A stretch of 64,000 bases of DNA from contig MU054831.1 in assembly GCA_013239625.1 (NCBI GenBank), positions 869,457 to 933,456 of the forward strand. The letters run 5' to 3'. Each line of letters starts with the position of its first letter. Position 1 is the first letter of the stretch. The stretch comes from Lama guanicoe (Eukaryota). The notes beneath the pieces are model-generated. The model saw only the letters and a list, made by a program, of their open reading frames with translations, was not told the origin of the DNA and did not search any database. A program made the translations under genes and the position numbers. Of this stretch, positions 47,301 through 58,825 are shown one piece after another.

Positions 47301-49527
47301 CATCTCCGCCCAAGCTTTCTGGCATCTCCAGAAAGGTCAGCACAGAGCCTGGGAGGGGCTCCCCCAACCTGATTGCAGCTGTTTTTCGGGGTCCCGACTC
47401 TGTTTTCCCCACCTTCCCTCTGCCAAAACATGATCACTGAAGGAAACTGGGTCGTTCCTTGTCCACTTCAGTGACCAAGCACATAAAGGTCCTCCTAGGG
47501 CCGTTATGGAAGGACCCCAGTCCCCCACAAGTGGCAGGTCAGGGACTCCACAGCTGACAGCTACCACAGCTGCCGAGACCCCAGACCTGGTGGGGCTGCC
47601 TCTCCTGCAGATCCCAGACCCAGATGGCACTCCCTCCTCCACAAACCGCAGATCCCAGGCCCAGAGGGGCTGCCTATCCCGGTCCTGCACACTCAGCCGG
47701 ACTGCTGGCAGTGCTCAGAGACTCCTTCCAAACTTCCTTTAGGCCGCCGTCTCTGCCCCTCACCACAGGGAGCCTGCAGGGGTGTCCTTCTTTTCTGCGC
47801 CCTCCCCCCCGGGCTGCCTCAGATGTTCAGAAGGCCTGTCTGGGGAGTCTGTTCAAAAATACAGATTCTTGGGCCCCACCACAGAGCTTCCTAGGGCTGG
47901 GACCCTGGAATCTGCATTAAGGAGACTCCCTGCAGTGGATCCCGCTGCAGCTGGTCCTTGGTTCACACTGGGGACAGGCCCTCGTGGTCAGGCTGCTGGG
48001 GATAGGGTCAGGCCAGCAAGGGTGGCCTGTTAAGGCCCTAGCCCCCCTCTGCGGGCCACTCTGCCTGTCCTGGGTAGACCGTGCGTGGGCTCCAAGTTCA
48101 CAGGTCAAGGTCAGGGAGGACCACGTCCCTCTATTCTCACTAGTGTGGCAGGAGACGTATATGTCAGCTGTCAGAGCCCCAGACTACCCCCAGTAGGCAG
48201 CAGGGGCCAACCCAGCAGGCCAGTGGCCAGGCCAGAACACACAGAAGCTCACAAAGGAGATGAAGTGGCAGGGCCTGCTGAGGGCTCCTGGGAATCCTAG
48301 GAAGCCCGTAGGCTCTTCCCGTCCACATGTCACCCTGATGGCTCCTGGCCTCTATGCCACCTGTCCATCACCCTGTCCATTTACATGCCATGGACAGTGA
48401 CTGATGGGACCTCCTGGGCCTCCCAGAGCTGGAGTATGTTGTGGGGGGGGAGGAGTTGCGGGGGGAGGTAGTGTCATACGTATGCTGTCCCCTTGGGGAC
48501 CCAGCAAATCCCACACTGTGGGAATGAAAGGAAAGGCCCTGCTCTATCCATGGTGGAGAGGTGCTGCGGCCACAGCACCCAGCCTGGCTCACCCAGCCTT
48601 TCTGCTGAGCCCCTGGGGCAGCAGGTGCCCCCTGCCCAAAGCCCTGCGGAGCCAACATGTGTGTCTGTGTTGGGAACAAGGGGCCACCCAGTGACGGCGT
48701 CCGCCAGTCCTTGCCCAGGGGGCCCCAAGCATTAGAGCCAGCCCAGCCCTCTCTGCTGCCGGCTCTGTCAGGTATGTCCCTCATGCCACCTCCAGGGAAC
48801 AGACCTGGGGCCCACCAGTCCTCTGAAGGTCCAGGTCACACAGAGGCCCTTCCACACCTGGCACTGCCTGGCCCGCCTCTCAGTGCCAGGCTCCAGCAAG
48901 TGTGTGGCTCAGCCTGTGCTCACCAGACACTACCCTCATGCCCAGGCAGGGATGGTTGCTGCACACCTGAGAGGCCTCCTGTGGTGGCACAGTGTTCCCT
49001 GTCCTGTGGCCAGCCCCCAGGCTCGCAGTGGGTCCAAGGCTCCTAAGGGCTCCTCAGGCACCAGAAGGGAACCACTGAAAGCACCTGGACAGGACTCCAG
49101 GGACAGGTTGGGGAGTGCCGGGGAGAGGCCAGGCTGGCTCCACCCTCTCGGCAGGTGCCCCAGGCTCAGGTCGCCTGCCTCAGGCGCAGAGCCCACAAGA
49201 ATGCCCCCTACCCTGGCAACTTAGGGAGAGGCCGCCTGGAAACGTCACCACGACCGGCTCACCGCCCCGACGNNNNNNNNNNNNNNNNNNNNNNNNNNNN
49301 NNNNNNNNNNNNNNNNNNNNNNNNNNNNNNNNNNNNNNNNNNNNNNNNNNNNNNNNNNNNNNNNNNNNNNNNNNNNNNNNNNNNNNNNNNNNNNNNNNNN
49401 NNNNACCCTGAAGGCCAGCGGGCAGCAGGCGGGCTCCGCGCCCGGCGCCTCGGGGAAGGCGGGCAGCGGGGGCGGCAGCGCTGATCCCGGCCCGGGGGCG
49501 GAGAAGGCGAAGGCGCAGGGCGGCTCG
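41066..49527 (-). CDS. RNPEPL1: Arginyl aminopeptidase-like 1 (M1 family zinc aminopeptidase); 5' end and exon 8 hidden in N-gaps
   Basis: Visible exons 49405..49527 (partial), 46342..46482, 45760..45911, 45115..45231, 44705..44940, 44248..44361, 43723..43835, [gap 43187..43325], 42003..42233, 41786..41928, 41066..41353. VAMEN exopeptidase motif, HEVAH-X18-E zinc motif, YEKG catalytic Tyr, C-terminus LRDVNVSA. Confidence 0.96.
41786..41928 (-). CDS. RNPEPL1: RNPEPL1 exon 10 (EVVMSLS...NAEIRIRW...FLESQ)
   Basis: AG/GT, 143 nt. Confidence 0.95.
42003..42233 (-). CDS. RNPEPL1: RNPEPL1 exon 9 ([11 protein letters not shown]...SPLPQ)
   Basis: AG/GT, 231 nt. Confidence 0.95.
43187..43325. other. 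Assembly gap (139 N) expected to contain RNPEPL1 exon 8
   Basis: Exon 7 ends in phase 0 and exon 9 starts in phase 1, so an intervening exon is required. None is visible elsewhere between them. Confidence 0.85.
43723..43835 (-). CDS. RNPEPL1: RNPEPL1 exon 7 ([15 protein letters not shown]...DFLR)
   Basis: AG/GT, 113 nt. Confidence 0.95.
44248..44361 (-). CDS. RNPEPL1: RNPEPL1 exon 6, intact copy (GAAFTCLE...KLEP)
   Basis: AG/GT, 114 nt; a duplicated acceptor lies 113 nt upstream. Confidence 0.9.
44295..44518. repeat. Near-perfect tandem duplication (113/112 bp) of the RNPEPL1 intron 5 3' end plus the first ~67 nt of exon 6
   Basis: Units 44295-44407 and 44408-44518 differ by one G/C substitution and one G in a poly-G run. 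Confidence 0.93.
44705..44940 (-). CDS. RNPEPL1: RNPEPL1 exon 5 (VAMEN, HEVAH...E)
   Basis: AG/GT, 236 nt. Confidence 0.96.
45115..45231 (-). CDS. RNPEPL1: RNPEPL1 exon 4 (SRVWAEP...YMWGR)
   Basis: AG/GT, 117 nt. Confidence 0.95.
45760..45911 (-). CDS. RNPEPL1: RNPEPL1 exon 3 ([11 protein letters not shown]...ADIGPR)
   Basis: AG/GT, 152 nt, [12 protein letters not shown] motif. Confidence 0.94.
46342..46482 (-). CDS. RNPEPL1: RNPEPL1 exon 2 (IWWLDPE...SAVVK)
   Basis: AG/GT, 141 nt. Confidence 0.95.
47815..47975. mobile_element. MER5-type hAT DNA transposon remnant (approximate)
   Basis: aaaaatacagattcttgggccccacc...ggaatctgcattaa resembles MER5. Confidence 0.55.
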
Positions 49528-50600
49528 NNNNNNNNNNNNNNNNNNNNNNNNNNNNNNNNNNNNNNNNNNNNNNNNNNNNNNNNNNNNNNNNNNNNNNNNN
49601 NNNNNNNNNNNNNNNNNNNNNNNNNNNNNNNNNNNNNNNNNNNNNNNNNNNNNNNNNNNNNNNNNNNNNNNNNNNNNNNNNNNNNNNNNNNNNNNNNNNN
49701 NNNNNNNNNNNNNNNNNNNNNNNNNNNNNNNNNNNNNNNNNNNNNNNNNNNNNNNNNNNNNNNNNNNNNNNNNNNNNNNNNNNNNNNNNNNNNNNNNNNN
49801 NNNNNNNNNNNNNNNNNNNNNNNNNNNNNNNNNNNNNNNNNNNNNNNNNNNNNNNNNNNNNNNNNNNNNNNNNNNNNNNNNNNNNNNNNNNNNNNNNNNN
49901 NNNNNNNNNNNNNNNNNNNNNNNNNNNNNNNNNNNNNNNNNNNNNNNNNNNNNNNNNNNNNNNNNNNNNNNNNNNNNNNNNNNNNNNNNNNNNNNNNNNN
50001 NNNNNNNNNNNNNNNNNNNNNNNNNNNNNNNNNNNNNNNNNNNNNNNNNNNNNNNNNNNNNNNNNNNNNNNNNNNNNNNNNNNNNNNNNNNNNNNNNNNN
50101 NNNNNNNNNNNNNNNNNNNNNNNNNNNNNNNNNNNNNNNNNNNNNNNNNNNNNNNNNNNNNNNNNNNNNNNNNNNNNNNNNNCCCGGGGAGCCGGGTTGG
50201 GAGCGCGAGCCCGGGGCGCTGTGCGGGGCCCGGAGACAGGGGACCCGGGGGACGCTGTGCTGGCAGGGTGGGAGCTGGAGGAGCTCTGCGCGGGGCCGGG
50301 GCGGTGTGAGTTAGGCTGGGAGGGGGAGCCGGGGTGCGCGGCCGGAGTTACTGTGTGCAGATGGCCCCCAGTGCTGTGCTGGGGGTGGGCGGGGGGTCGG
50401 GGAGGCAGGAGCCCGGGGGCTGTTGTTCGCAGGGTCTGGGGACGCACTGCGGCCGGGGTGTGCGTGGCTGAGAGGTCTCCGCAGCCCTGTGTGCTTCCTA
50501 CCCAGGTGGCCCGCACTCGGGAGACCCCAGAAGTCAGGACGACGGATCCCCCAGGGGTGCTACAGGCCAGGTTCCTGGGGCAGCGACTGCTGGGGCGCCT
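49230..50600. promoter_or_regulatory. RNPEPL1 CpG island / promoter, largely in gaps 49273-49404 and 49528-50182
   Basis: CpG-rich flanks around exon 1; start codon inferred to lie in the 655-N gap. Confidence 0.7.
49405..49527 (-). CDS. RNPEPL1: RNPEPL1 exon 1, visible internal fragment ([14 protein letters not shown]...CCPLAFR)
   Basis: Island between two N-gaps; peptide matches my recollection of the RNPEPL1 N-terminal region. Confidence 0.88.
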
Positions 50601-50714
50601 GGGGCAGGGAAGCTGGGAAGTGTGGCGTCGGGAATTCAATGTTACTAGTACATTCGGGAGCCTCAGGCCCTGGGAATGCTTTCCATATACCCCACCCACT
50701 CCCCTGTGAGAGCA

Positions 50715-50935
50715 GTGGTCTGTGTTATATGCCGAATAGGGCGTGCTGGCGCTCTGGAGCCTTAAGATAAGTGTGGCTGCTTAGATTCAAATAGAATTAG
50801 CGCAGCTCCTCAGTTGCACTAGCCGTATTTCAAAGTCTCCATGTGTGTTTGGACGGTAGTGTCCGGCTACTGGCAACCATATTCAACAGGAGCAGATATC
50901 CTCCCATAGTAGAAAATTCTGCTGGACTGTGCTGC
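50715..50935. mobile_element. MER3/MER33-like hAT DNA transposon remnant (approximate)
   Basis: ctcagttgcactagccgtatttcaaag...ggctactggcaaccatatt...agaaaattctgctggactgtgctg. Confidence 0.55.
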
Positions 50936-53499
50936 CTTAAGGGCTGGCAGGGCCCTGGAGGAAGATGGTGTAGGAGGAGAGTGCTGGGCAGTAATCAGCC
51001 TTGGCCTGCCTGACCCCAGCCCACTCACCCAGGCCTGTCCAGAGAACTGGGCCCAGAGGGGGTGGCTGCAGACCAGTGAGGATGTCCAAAGAGCTAGCTT
51101 CAGGTGGATATCAAAGCCATGGCATGAGAGGGGCCACTGAGATGTTGCTGTCATCATCATATGAGAATTCAGGTCCTCAAGGAGAAGGGGCTTTTGGCCT
51201 GTAACCCCACACACTCCTCTCACTGCTTAATCACTGTCTGGTAGAGTGTGGGGCAGGAGTCACCCTGCACTCGACCTCTGTGTCATCCCTGAGTACTGTT
51301 TAGACCTTCTGGACTCAGTATCCCCATCTGTAATCCATGTGACCCTGCTTGCCCTCCTCCGTGGGGTCGGGGCGGGGTGGGAAGGATGGCTAAGTGGGAG
51401 GACGCGTGTTCATTGATTCGGGCGGAGCATGTGCACTGAAGCATCTCTTCAGTTTTCCCTATGACCCCTACCCCAAACTGGAGGAGGGAGCTCAGTCCTG
51501 CATCCAGGACTCGAGAGAGGAGAGAGCTAGGGTCCGATAAGTCCTTGATGGCTTTGGGTAGCCCCGTACCTGCCCAGGTGCCACAGGCTGAGTGTTTTAG
51601 ATGGCATTCTCAGTTTGACCAGCCTTTTAGAGCCTTCCCCTGCCCCCTGCCAGTGGGGCTCGGGCTGGAAGAACACCGTCTGGACTGCATGTGGACACCC
51701 ACAGTGGCCTGCCCTAGCCACCCTCAAGCGGGTCTACCAGCTGCCTGCACACTCAAGGTAGGTTAACATCAAGGGCTTCTTGCCCTCCTGGTCTCTGGGA
51801 CTTGGGGGAGCAGGGGTTGGGTCTCATCCCTTCTCTCCTGGAGGACCCTGGGCATCTCCCAGTGGCCAGCTCTGCACACCGGAGGGGTGGAGAAGGGCAG
51901 TCTTGCAGGTCCAGAGAAGCTGTTGCCACTTCCCCCCTGGGGTGCTGCTGTCTTCCACCCCACATTTTTATAAAGGACCAACACAAGCCAATGTTGAAGG
52001 AGCAAAGAGATCTGTTCTCAGTGTCAGAGCCAGCCTGCCAAAGCACTGTGAACTGTGAAGCCCGCAGTGGTTGTCTCCACTCTCCACCTGGTCCCTGTCG
52101 AGGACAGTGCCTTCAGTGTTGGGGGTGAGGGTGGGCGCTGTCTTGCTGACAGAGGTCCAGGGCGGATGTACGGGCAGGGTTGTCCTCTCTCCTGGCCCCA
52201 GTCTACCTAGGGGAGAGGACCCCGAGAGTCGAGACTGCCAGAGGCTGGGATTTCTCCCAAAGGAATTTCACACACCAGCCTCTCGATGATCAAATCCTGG
52301 CTGGCCTGGTGCAGCTGACACCCCAGCCTCCCCCTGATACACGTGGACTGGGTGGCCCTATTCAAGTGGGCTGACACCAGGGAGGGGAGTGGGTCCCTGG
52401 CCTCACCTGCTAGCAGGTGGGCACAGAGGCAGGAGGGCTTCCCGGAAGCCCGTGGAGTTCAGGTAGGTACTGTGTTGTCTCTGGGACAGAGGTCCTAGGG
52501 ATACCTGGGCCTCTGGTGGGAACCGAAATTGGATGGTTCTCAGAAGGGAGCTAGTGGGATAAAAAGCTGATGTGACCCACAGATGTCTTTCACCCTGGCC
52601 GAGGCTCTGCCATCCTTGCACATTTGCCACCCAGGACCAGGTCAGCAGGTCAGGGGTTTGCCAGCAAAGGTGCTGTGAGCATGCAAATCTGGGCTTTGGT
52701 CCTGGCTCCTGACCTCCTAGCTGGGCCAACTGCTCAGCTCACCTGAGGTTACAGATGGAGCCACTGGAGCCTCACCTGCCAAGTGGAGAGACACTGGCAG
52801 CAGCTCACTCATGGGGCTGATGAAAAAGTGACATGTGCTACCAGGGGTAAGGTGGTAAAAGTTGGATTAACCACTATGAGCTGCAGTCGAGTTATGAGCA
52901 GGGCTGGGGCTCTTGGGGTTGGGGATTGCTGACTGGTGACATTGCACAGGGCTGGGTGCTGACCGACAAGGTGTTTATGCTCTGAGCCAGGGACCAGTGG
53001 ATGGTGTCATTCCCATCCCAGCTGGAAACCCAGGTGCAGGAGCAAGAGGGTTGGGGAGGAGGAGGCCCTTTCACAACCACCCCAGTGCCTCACCAAGTGT
53101 GAACTTCCCATCCCCACAACTTTGGGCTCTACTGGGTCAGAGGGCCTCACTCCCACCTGGATGGGAGGATGAGACGCCATTTGTCTGGGACTCCTCAGGC
53201 CCCTCAGCTTCAGGCAAGTCAGGGGTTACTCTGTTGGATGGGGTGACTGACCCTGACTTCTAAGGGGTAGCGGGGCTTTGCCACTGCTCAGCGGGGCCAG
53301 GAGGAGTGTGTGGAAGCCAGGACATTTTCCTCATTACTGCCAGCACTGCCGGGTTGTGTGCGGGGGTCACGGAGGTCACAGCACCAGTGCAGGCAGGGCC
53401 ACGCTTCAGGGTGCAGGCTGGAGTCAGCCCAGCAAGAGAGACCAGGACCCGAGGCACTGGCTGCGGGTAAAGGCAGACGATAAACACCAGCTACAGTGT

Positions 53500-53505
53500 T
53501 TTATT
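53500..53505 (-). terminator. Candidate DUSP28 poly(A) signal AATAAA
   Basis: tttatt on + strand in an AT-rich patch about 930 nt past the stop. Confidence 0.4.
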
Positions 53506-54431
53506 CATTATCTTGTTACATGTGTATTTGTATATATTAACCAGGGACTGTATTATCTGTAACTCACGTATTACCTAATTTCTCCACATCTTATTTAAGG
53601 AGTGTTTACTGTGATTAATTTTCTAGGATAGTCTTTAGGCTGTAGGATGTCCAGATGAGCTGCCTCTGAACCACAAGAGGGGTCAGCATACTCAGACACA
53701 CCGTGGTTAGTGCATCGCTGGCATGCCCATGGCTGCAGGCTGTTAGGCCGGGGCTCAGTGCTGTGGTTGAGACTGGGAGGTCAGTAAGGTGGGTACAGAC
53801 TCTGACAGCCCCAAGGGTGTCCATGCTGGGTGATCTGTCACAGCCTCGCGACCTCACCTGCGTGTCTGCAGCAGGTTTAAGTCTAGAAACTGGGCCCTCG
53901 CTGGCTGGAGCCCGTGCTGGTTTCTGTAAGGGGGCCCGTGTGAGCTTTGGGAAAGCCACTATGGTTCGAGCAGGTAGCAGGCGCGACGTTCTGCCAGCAG
54001 CCCTAGGTGTCCTCCCAGAGCCGCCCGCATCAGAGCTGAAGGCAGCCGGGCTCAGGGCGGCGGGTCTCCGTGATTGCTGTACTTCCCCACCTGCTGACGT
54101 TGGCTCCCCGGCCTCCATCTCTCTGTAGTAAGTGTCTTTCTGGCTACAATTCCCCAAGTGGTTTTCACCTTCTCGACCAAGTCCTTTCTAATAAATTTGC
54201 TGACCAGGGGAGGAACGGTTCCCAGTTCTCGGTGGACACACCCTTGCACTTGACAAACGTCAAGAGGGGACAGAGGCCTTCGGGAAGTTGCAGAAAATGA
54301 AAACTCCGTGTGTGGGGCGTGCGGCAGGAGAGGAAAGACCACCCTCTCGTCTGTGTACCTCTTTCCACCCCGAGGCGGCAGGAAACTCCAAGCGCCCTTC
54401 TTGGGGCTGGGCGTCCTCGAGGGCGGACCGA

Positions 54432-54560
54432 CTAGGACTCACTCGGGCCCGAGAGCTCCCCGAGCTGGCAGGACCGGGACTGCAGGGCCTCCTCGTACTT
54501 CTGGAGCTGCGACCAGAAACCCGGGTTGGGCTCGGCCACTGGGCGGGCGCTCTTCACGGT
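54432..54560 (-). CDS. DUSP28: DUSP28 exon 2 (TVKSARPVAEPNPGFW...GPSES*)
   Basis: Acceptor ttgcAG, TAG at 54432-54434; not in the ORF track, translated by hand. Confidence 0.93.
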   Translation of the reverse strand, partial: TVKSARPVAEPNPGFWSQLQKYEEALQSRSCQLGELSGPSES

Positions 54561-55208
54561 CTGCAAGCGAGAGGGTCCGGCTAGACACCGCGCAGCGCTC
54601 GCTGCCGGTTCCGCAGACGCCTCCGGTGCCCGGAGGCCACGCCTCCGGTGCCCGGAGGCCCCGCCCCCGAGTGCGGGCCCGCCCCTCCCAGAGGCCCCGC
54701 CCCCTCACGGAGCCGCGCCCCTCCCAGCAGTCTCCGCCGGTCTCGAAGGACCCCTTCCCGGAATGTCCCGCCTCATCTCGCCGGAAATCTGTCCCGCCCG
54801 GAAGTCCCGCCCCACCTGGAAGGCCCGCGCCAGGCTGAGGCCGCGGTGACGCATAAGGTAGGCGGTACAGATGGTGGTCGAGCGGCTGCGGCCATTCTTG
54901 CAGTAGANNNNNNNNNNNNNNNNNNNNNNNNNNNNNNNNNNNNNNNNNNNNNNNNNNNNNNNNNNNNNNNNNNNNNNNNNNNNNNNNNNNNNNNNNNNNN
55001 NNNNNNNNNNNNNNNNNNNNNNNNNNNNNNNNNNNNNNNNNNNNNNNNNNNNNNNNNNNNNNNCGCACAGGGTGACGCCCGCGCGCGCCAGCAGCTCCGG
55101 CGAGGCTACGGCGCGTACGCTCCCGAGGAAGAGCGAGGGGGCGACGCGCACGAACGGCGGCGGGGCGGCCTCAGCGGCTCCGCGGCGTCCGGCTTGTTCC
55201 GGGTCCAT
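54432..55208 (-). CDS. DUSP28: Dual specificity phosphatase 28 (atypical DUSP), 2 coding exons, 173 aa
   Basis: complement(join(54432..54560,54816..55208)). RVAPSLFLGS, YCKNGRSRS CX5R loop, AYLM, PNPGFWSQLQKYE. A 156-N gap (54908-55063) preserves the frame. Confidence 0.95.
54617..54660. repeat. Perfect 22-bp tandem duplication, each unit a hairpin (GCCTCCGG-TGC-CCGGAGGC)
   Basis: acgcctccggtgcccggaggcc x2. Confidence 0.9.
54816..55208 (-). CDS. DUSP28: DUSP28 exon 1 (contains gap)
   Basis: gtcATGG start; donor CAG|GTGGGG, phase 0. Confidence 0.92.
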
Positions 55209-55359
55209 GACCAGCGCTCAGGTCCCCAGCCCAGGGGTCTATTTTGGGCCATCGGGCGGCCGGCCGGGCGCCCCCGGGTCCTAGAGGCCTCCGAGGGCTG
55301 CCTGGGGCGATCCCCGTCGTGGCTGTGCACGAGCGAGGCACGCCCACAAATCCCTGGCC

Positions 55360-55480
55360 GCCTCCCATTGGCTGGACCGAGTCGGGGGGGTTTCTTCTGA
55401 TTGGCTGCGGGTGCGGCCATTGGCTGACTTCGTGGCCATCGGGAGAGGGATTGGCCGCGCTGGGGTGGGCGGGGCCGGGT
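55360..55480 (-). promoter_or_regulatory. DUSP28 promoter: four CCAAT boxes plus GC box
   Basis: ATTGG on + at 55367, 55400, 55419 and 55450; GGGCGGGGC near 55467. Confidence 0.8.
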
Positions 55481-57390
55481 TGCTGGGGAATGGGCTTCCC
55501 CGCCCATTGCAAATTGAGATGTCTGAGTTGCAGGTTCCTGTCCCTACGACCTGGGAGGCTTGCAGCTGGGTGGACGGCGGTGTTCCAGCGGGCTCAGGGA
55601 GGTGGGCTTCCTAAGCTGCAGCTGACGTGCAGACGAGCAAGGGACCCCGTCACAGATTATCACCTGGTCACTGACCAGTATCCTCCCCATCGTTTTGTTG
55701 GTAGGCCGCCTGGTTTCGTGTACCCTTGATAACTACATCTCTTATAACTACATTGCCAGCTGAAGTACCCTTTAGGACAGCTTTATGTTAATTCCTTTTT
55801 GTTATCAGCTTCCTAATTAATCGGTCTGTGTAACTTTTGCATTTTCTTTCCCTTTTTTTGTAAAACACGGTTCATAAAAAATAAAGCTATGCACCATTAG
55901 TTTTTCACCATTTCTTCATAGACCACTAATTTTTGTTTTTTTATTTTTCTTATTATTTTTTGTGTCATTACTGTAACTTTCAAAAATTAATGTCATTTAA
56001 TGTTTACACAGTTGACATTAAGGAGATGCTTTCAATAGATTTTTCTGATGCCCAGTGTCTCAGGGAGCGGTTTCAATGGGAGGTAACTGTTGCAGTCCTG
56101 CCTGCGTTGTCGCAGTTTCAATTTTATTCCAGTAGTAAAATTGTTTTTTTTCTGATTCATCGCCATCATTTAAAAATTTGCAGTGCGTTCTACCAGACAT
56201 TACTCTCCAGTATACCCCCCCACCCCGTACTAGATAAATCTGACAAAATGAACATTCCAGCCGAAGCCACCAAGCACTGGTAACTGTCAGATCTTTTCTG
56301 CTATCTAGGGCTTTCTCTTGAGCTAGAGACTCAAATATCAGTCTGTAGTCAGGTCTTTTCTGGCTGCAGATCCAGACTTCACCTATGTGGAGGCCTTCCC
56401 AACATCTGTTTCCCACTATGTGCTCTAAAGAAGGATTCTAAAGCTGGGAGCCGTCCAGCTAGGTGGAGATTCCACGTACCTCAGCTCCAGAATCGGGCTT
56501 CTGATTACCTCCAGCCAGCCAGTGAAGCCTGTACTCCCATGATTGCTTCAGGAAAGGGCTTCGGCTGTCATATGTACCAGGGGAAAGAGGGGCTTAGAAA
56601 CCTCTGTCCTCCATATGACCACAAAGGAAAGTCAGCCTTGGATGAAAGCAGAGATGGAAGGAGTTGGGTACCTGATGACTTTGTTGGCCACCAAATCACC
56701 TAACATGAAGACCCTCCAACTTCTGGACTGTTTGGTTTCCTCAACCAGCCAATTGCCCTTTATTGTTGGATGTTTGAGGCGGGTTTTCTGTTCCAAGGCC
56801 TCTTAACTGATGCCTCGTGCTCTTTCATCCCACTGAGTTCATGAATCGGTAAGCATCTCAGATCCCTTCTGTCCACCTCGATTGCCATGTTTAGTTTGAG
56901 CCACCCTCTTCTGGGCTTGGCACCAGCCTCCCGAGGGGAGCCTTCCAGCCTTCCTTGCTGTAGTTAAATATGCTCTCTGAGGTAGTGCTTTTCTGAGTGT
57001 TGGCCCTGACTCAGCAAGTAGTGATCCATTAGTGGGTTGTGAAATCAGTTTTGTGGGTCATGAGCCATAATTTATTTTTTTAGCAAAATGGCATAGAAAA
57101 CAATAGACTACCTGAAAATACTAGAGTGCATGAATGTAGCAGAGTTTTTCCTGGAAATTTTTTGAGTTATGTTTGTCCTGGATCATGCTATGAAATGGGG
57201 TATTACAGTAGGAGCCAGGCAGAAAGTCTTGAAACCTTTGAATTCAAAGGACACATCTGACTGCACTGCCATCCTGTTTAAAAATGTCTTGCATTTTCTG
57301 TCTTTAATGTGGCATTCAAGGTCCCTCCTGCCTTGTCCCGTCTGTCTGTCATCCTTCCCTCTGTTCCCACCTACCCACCACTGCGTGGCC

Positions 57391-57582
57391 CAGTGTTTCT
57401 CACAGTCTGGTCCAAATTTCAGCAGCATCAGCATCATTGGGGAACATGGTAGGAATGCACATTCTCAGGCCCACCCTCTCCGGACCTGCTGGATCAGAAG
57501 CTCTCGGATGGGATGCAGGAAGCTGTGTGCTACCACACCCTCCATGTGATTCTGAGTCGAGATAAAATCTGTACCCATCACT
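57391..57582. mobile_element. MER5A-like hAT DNA transposon
   Basis: cagtgtttctca...agcagcatcagcatca...aatgcacattctcaggcccacc...gacctgctggatcagaa...gtgattctga. Confidence 0.75.
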
Positions 57583-58544
57583 TAGTCAATCTAAAAAGTC
57601 ATTTAAAGCAAGAGAGCCCCCAATTTTTTTTAATCCACTCAGCTTAAAGATTGTGTTTTGACCTAATGCATTATACATATCCACTCACCGTCCTCTGACA
57701 GGTGACGGTCATGACCACCCACTCACTACCTTTGTAGGCCAGCTGAGGCGGTGCTCTGGTGGTGCCCAGTGCCTGGCTGTGCCTCCCAGTTTCCCTTCCT
57801 TTCCTCACATGAACTTAAAAGCACTTCAAAAGCAATCTGCAGTGGAATCCTTTTGGAACTTTTTCAAAGATTTTCCCCCCAGTCTTTTACAGTGTCTCTC
57901 ATGCATCCAATTTGGTTGCAATTTTTAAGTGACTTCTGTTGACTTTTCAAAGCCTTCAACTGAATTTTGATAGAAATGTCACTCTTCTTTCCAAAGCACA
58001 CTTCATCAGCCATATTTCATTAAACTTCATAACCATAATAGCAGGTTCAGCCAGAATTTTGAGATTTGCAAACACCATGACTGGTAATACGAGCAGCTAA
58101 CTTGCTGAAAGCCAGTCATCCTAAAGAGATCAGTTTGCTAAATAACTGTTTTGCTGAATTTAACAAGCTTACCATTCATTGAAAACTTTAAAAATGAATA
58201 TTCTTGAATATTGGCAATACATATTAACATTTTTCTTATGAAAACATTCTTTTTGGAGATGGTCTTTAGTGTCATTGTAGGACTTGTATCAGTTTTTGGA
58301 AATAGGGCTTTCTTATCTTTGTATGCCTTTTTTAAAAAAAAATCAGTGCATATATTCTTAGGAACATAAGCAAAATTTCAGCATTTCATATTGCATTTTT
58401 TTCCAGTTGATAGAAGTTTCCAGAACACGTTTCCTTTTTTGGCCACATTTTGGTGCTTAGAATTGTTTTGCCTGTCTCACCAAATCGTCAGATTTGTCAA
58501 ATTTGCTGAAAGTAGTTGAGCAGCTGTTTAGTCTTTCATGTTGG

Positions 58545-58825
58545 GTGGCTTGTTGGTTTCCTAGAGTCGCTGTAACAGAGCATCACAACAGACTTGCTGG
58601 CTTGGAACCACAGGAGTTTATTCTTCCTTCCATGTTTGTGTCTCCAGATCTCCCTCTCCTTTTAAGGACAGTAGGTTTTTGGTTTGGAGCACACCCTAAT
58701 CCAGTATGACCTCTTCACTTGATCATATCTGCAAAGACACTATTTCCAAGTAAGATCACTCACAGATACCAAGCGTCATGACTTAAGCTTATCTTTCAGG
58801 AAGACACCCCTCAGCCCACGTCAGG
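58545..58825. mobile_element. MaLR (MLT1-type) LTR fragment
   Basis: gtttcctagagtcgctgtaacagagcatcacaac...caccctaatccagtatgacctc...atctgcaaagacactatttccaagtaag. Confidence 0.75.

Noticed and set aside
41066-49527. RNPEPL1 as a pseudogene (missing exon 8, apparent frameshift at exon 6)
   Set aside because: The missing exon coincides with a suitably sized gap, an intact exon 6 acceptor exists, and all visible exons are open with intact catalytic motifs.
49245-50699. 484-aa ORF spanning the RNPEPL1 5' region
   Set aside because: Created by translating through N-runs. Only 49405-49527 is supported as coding.
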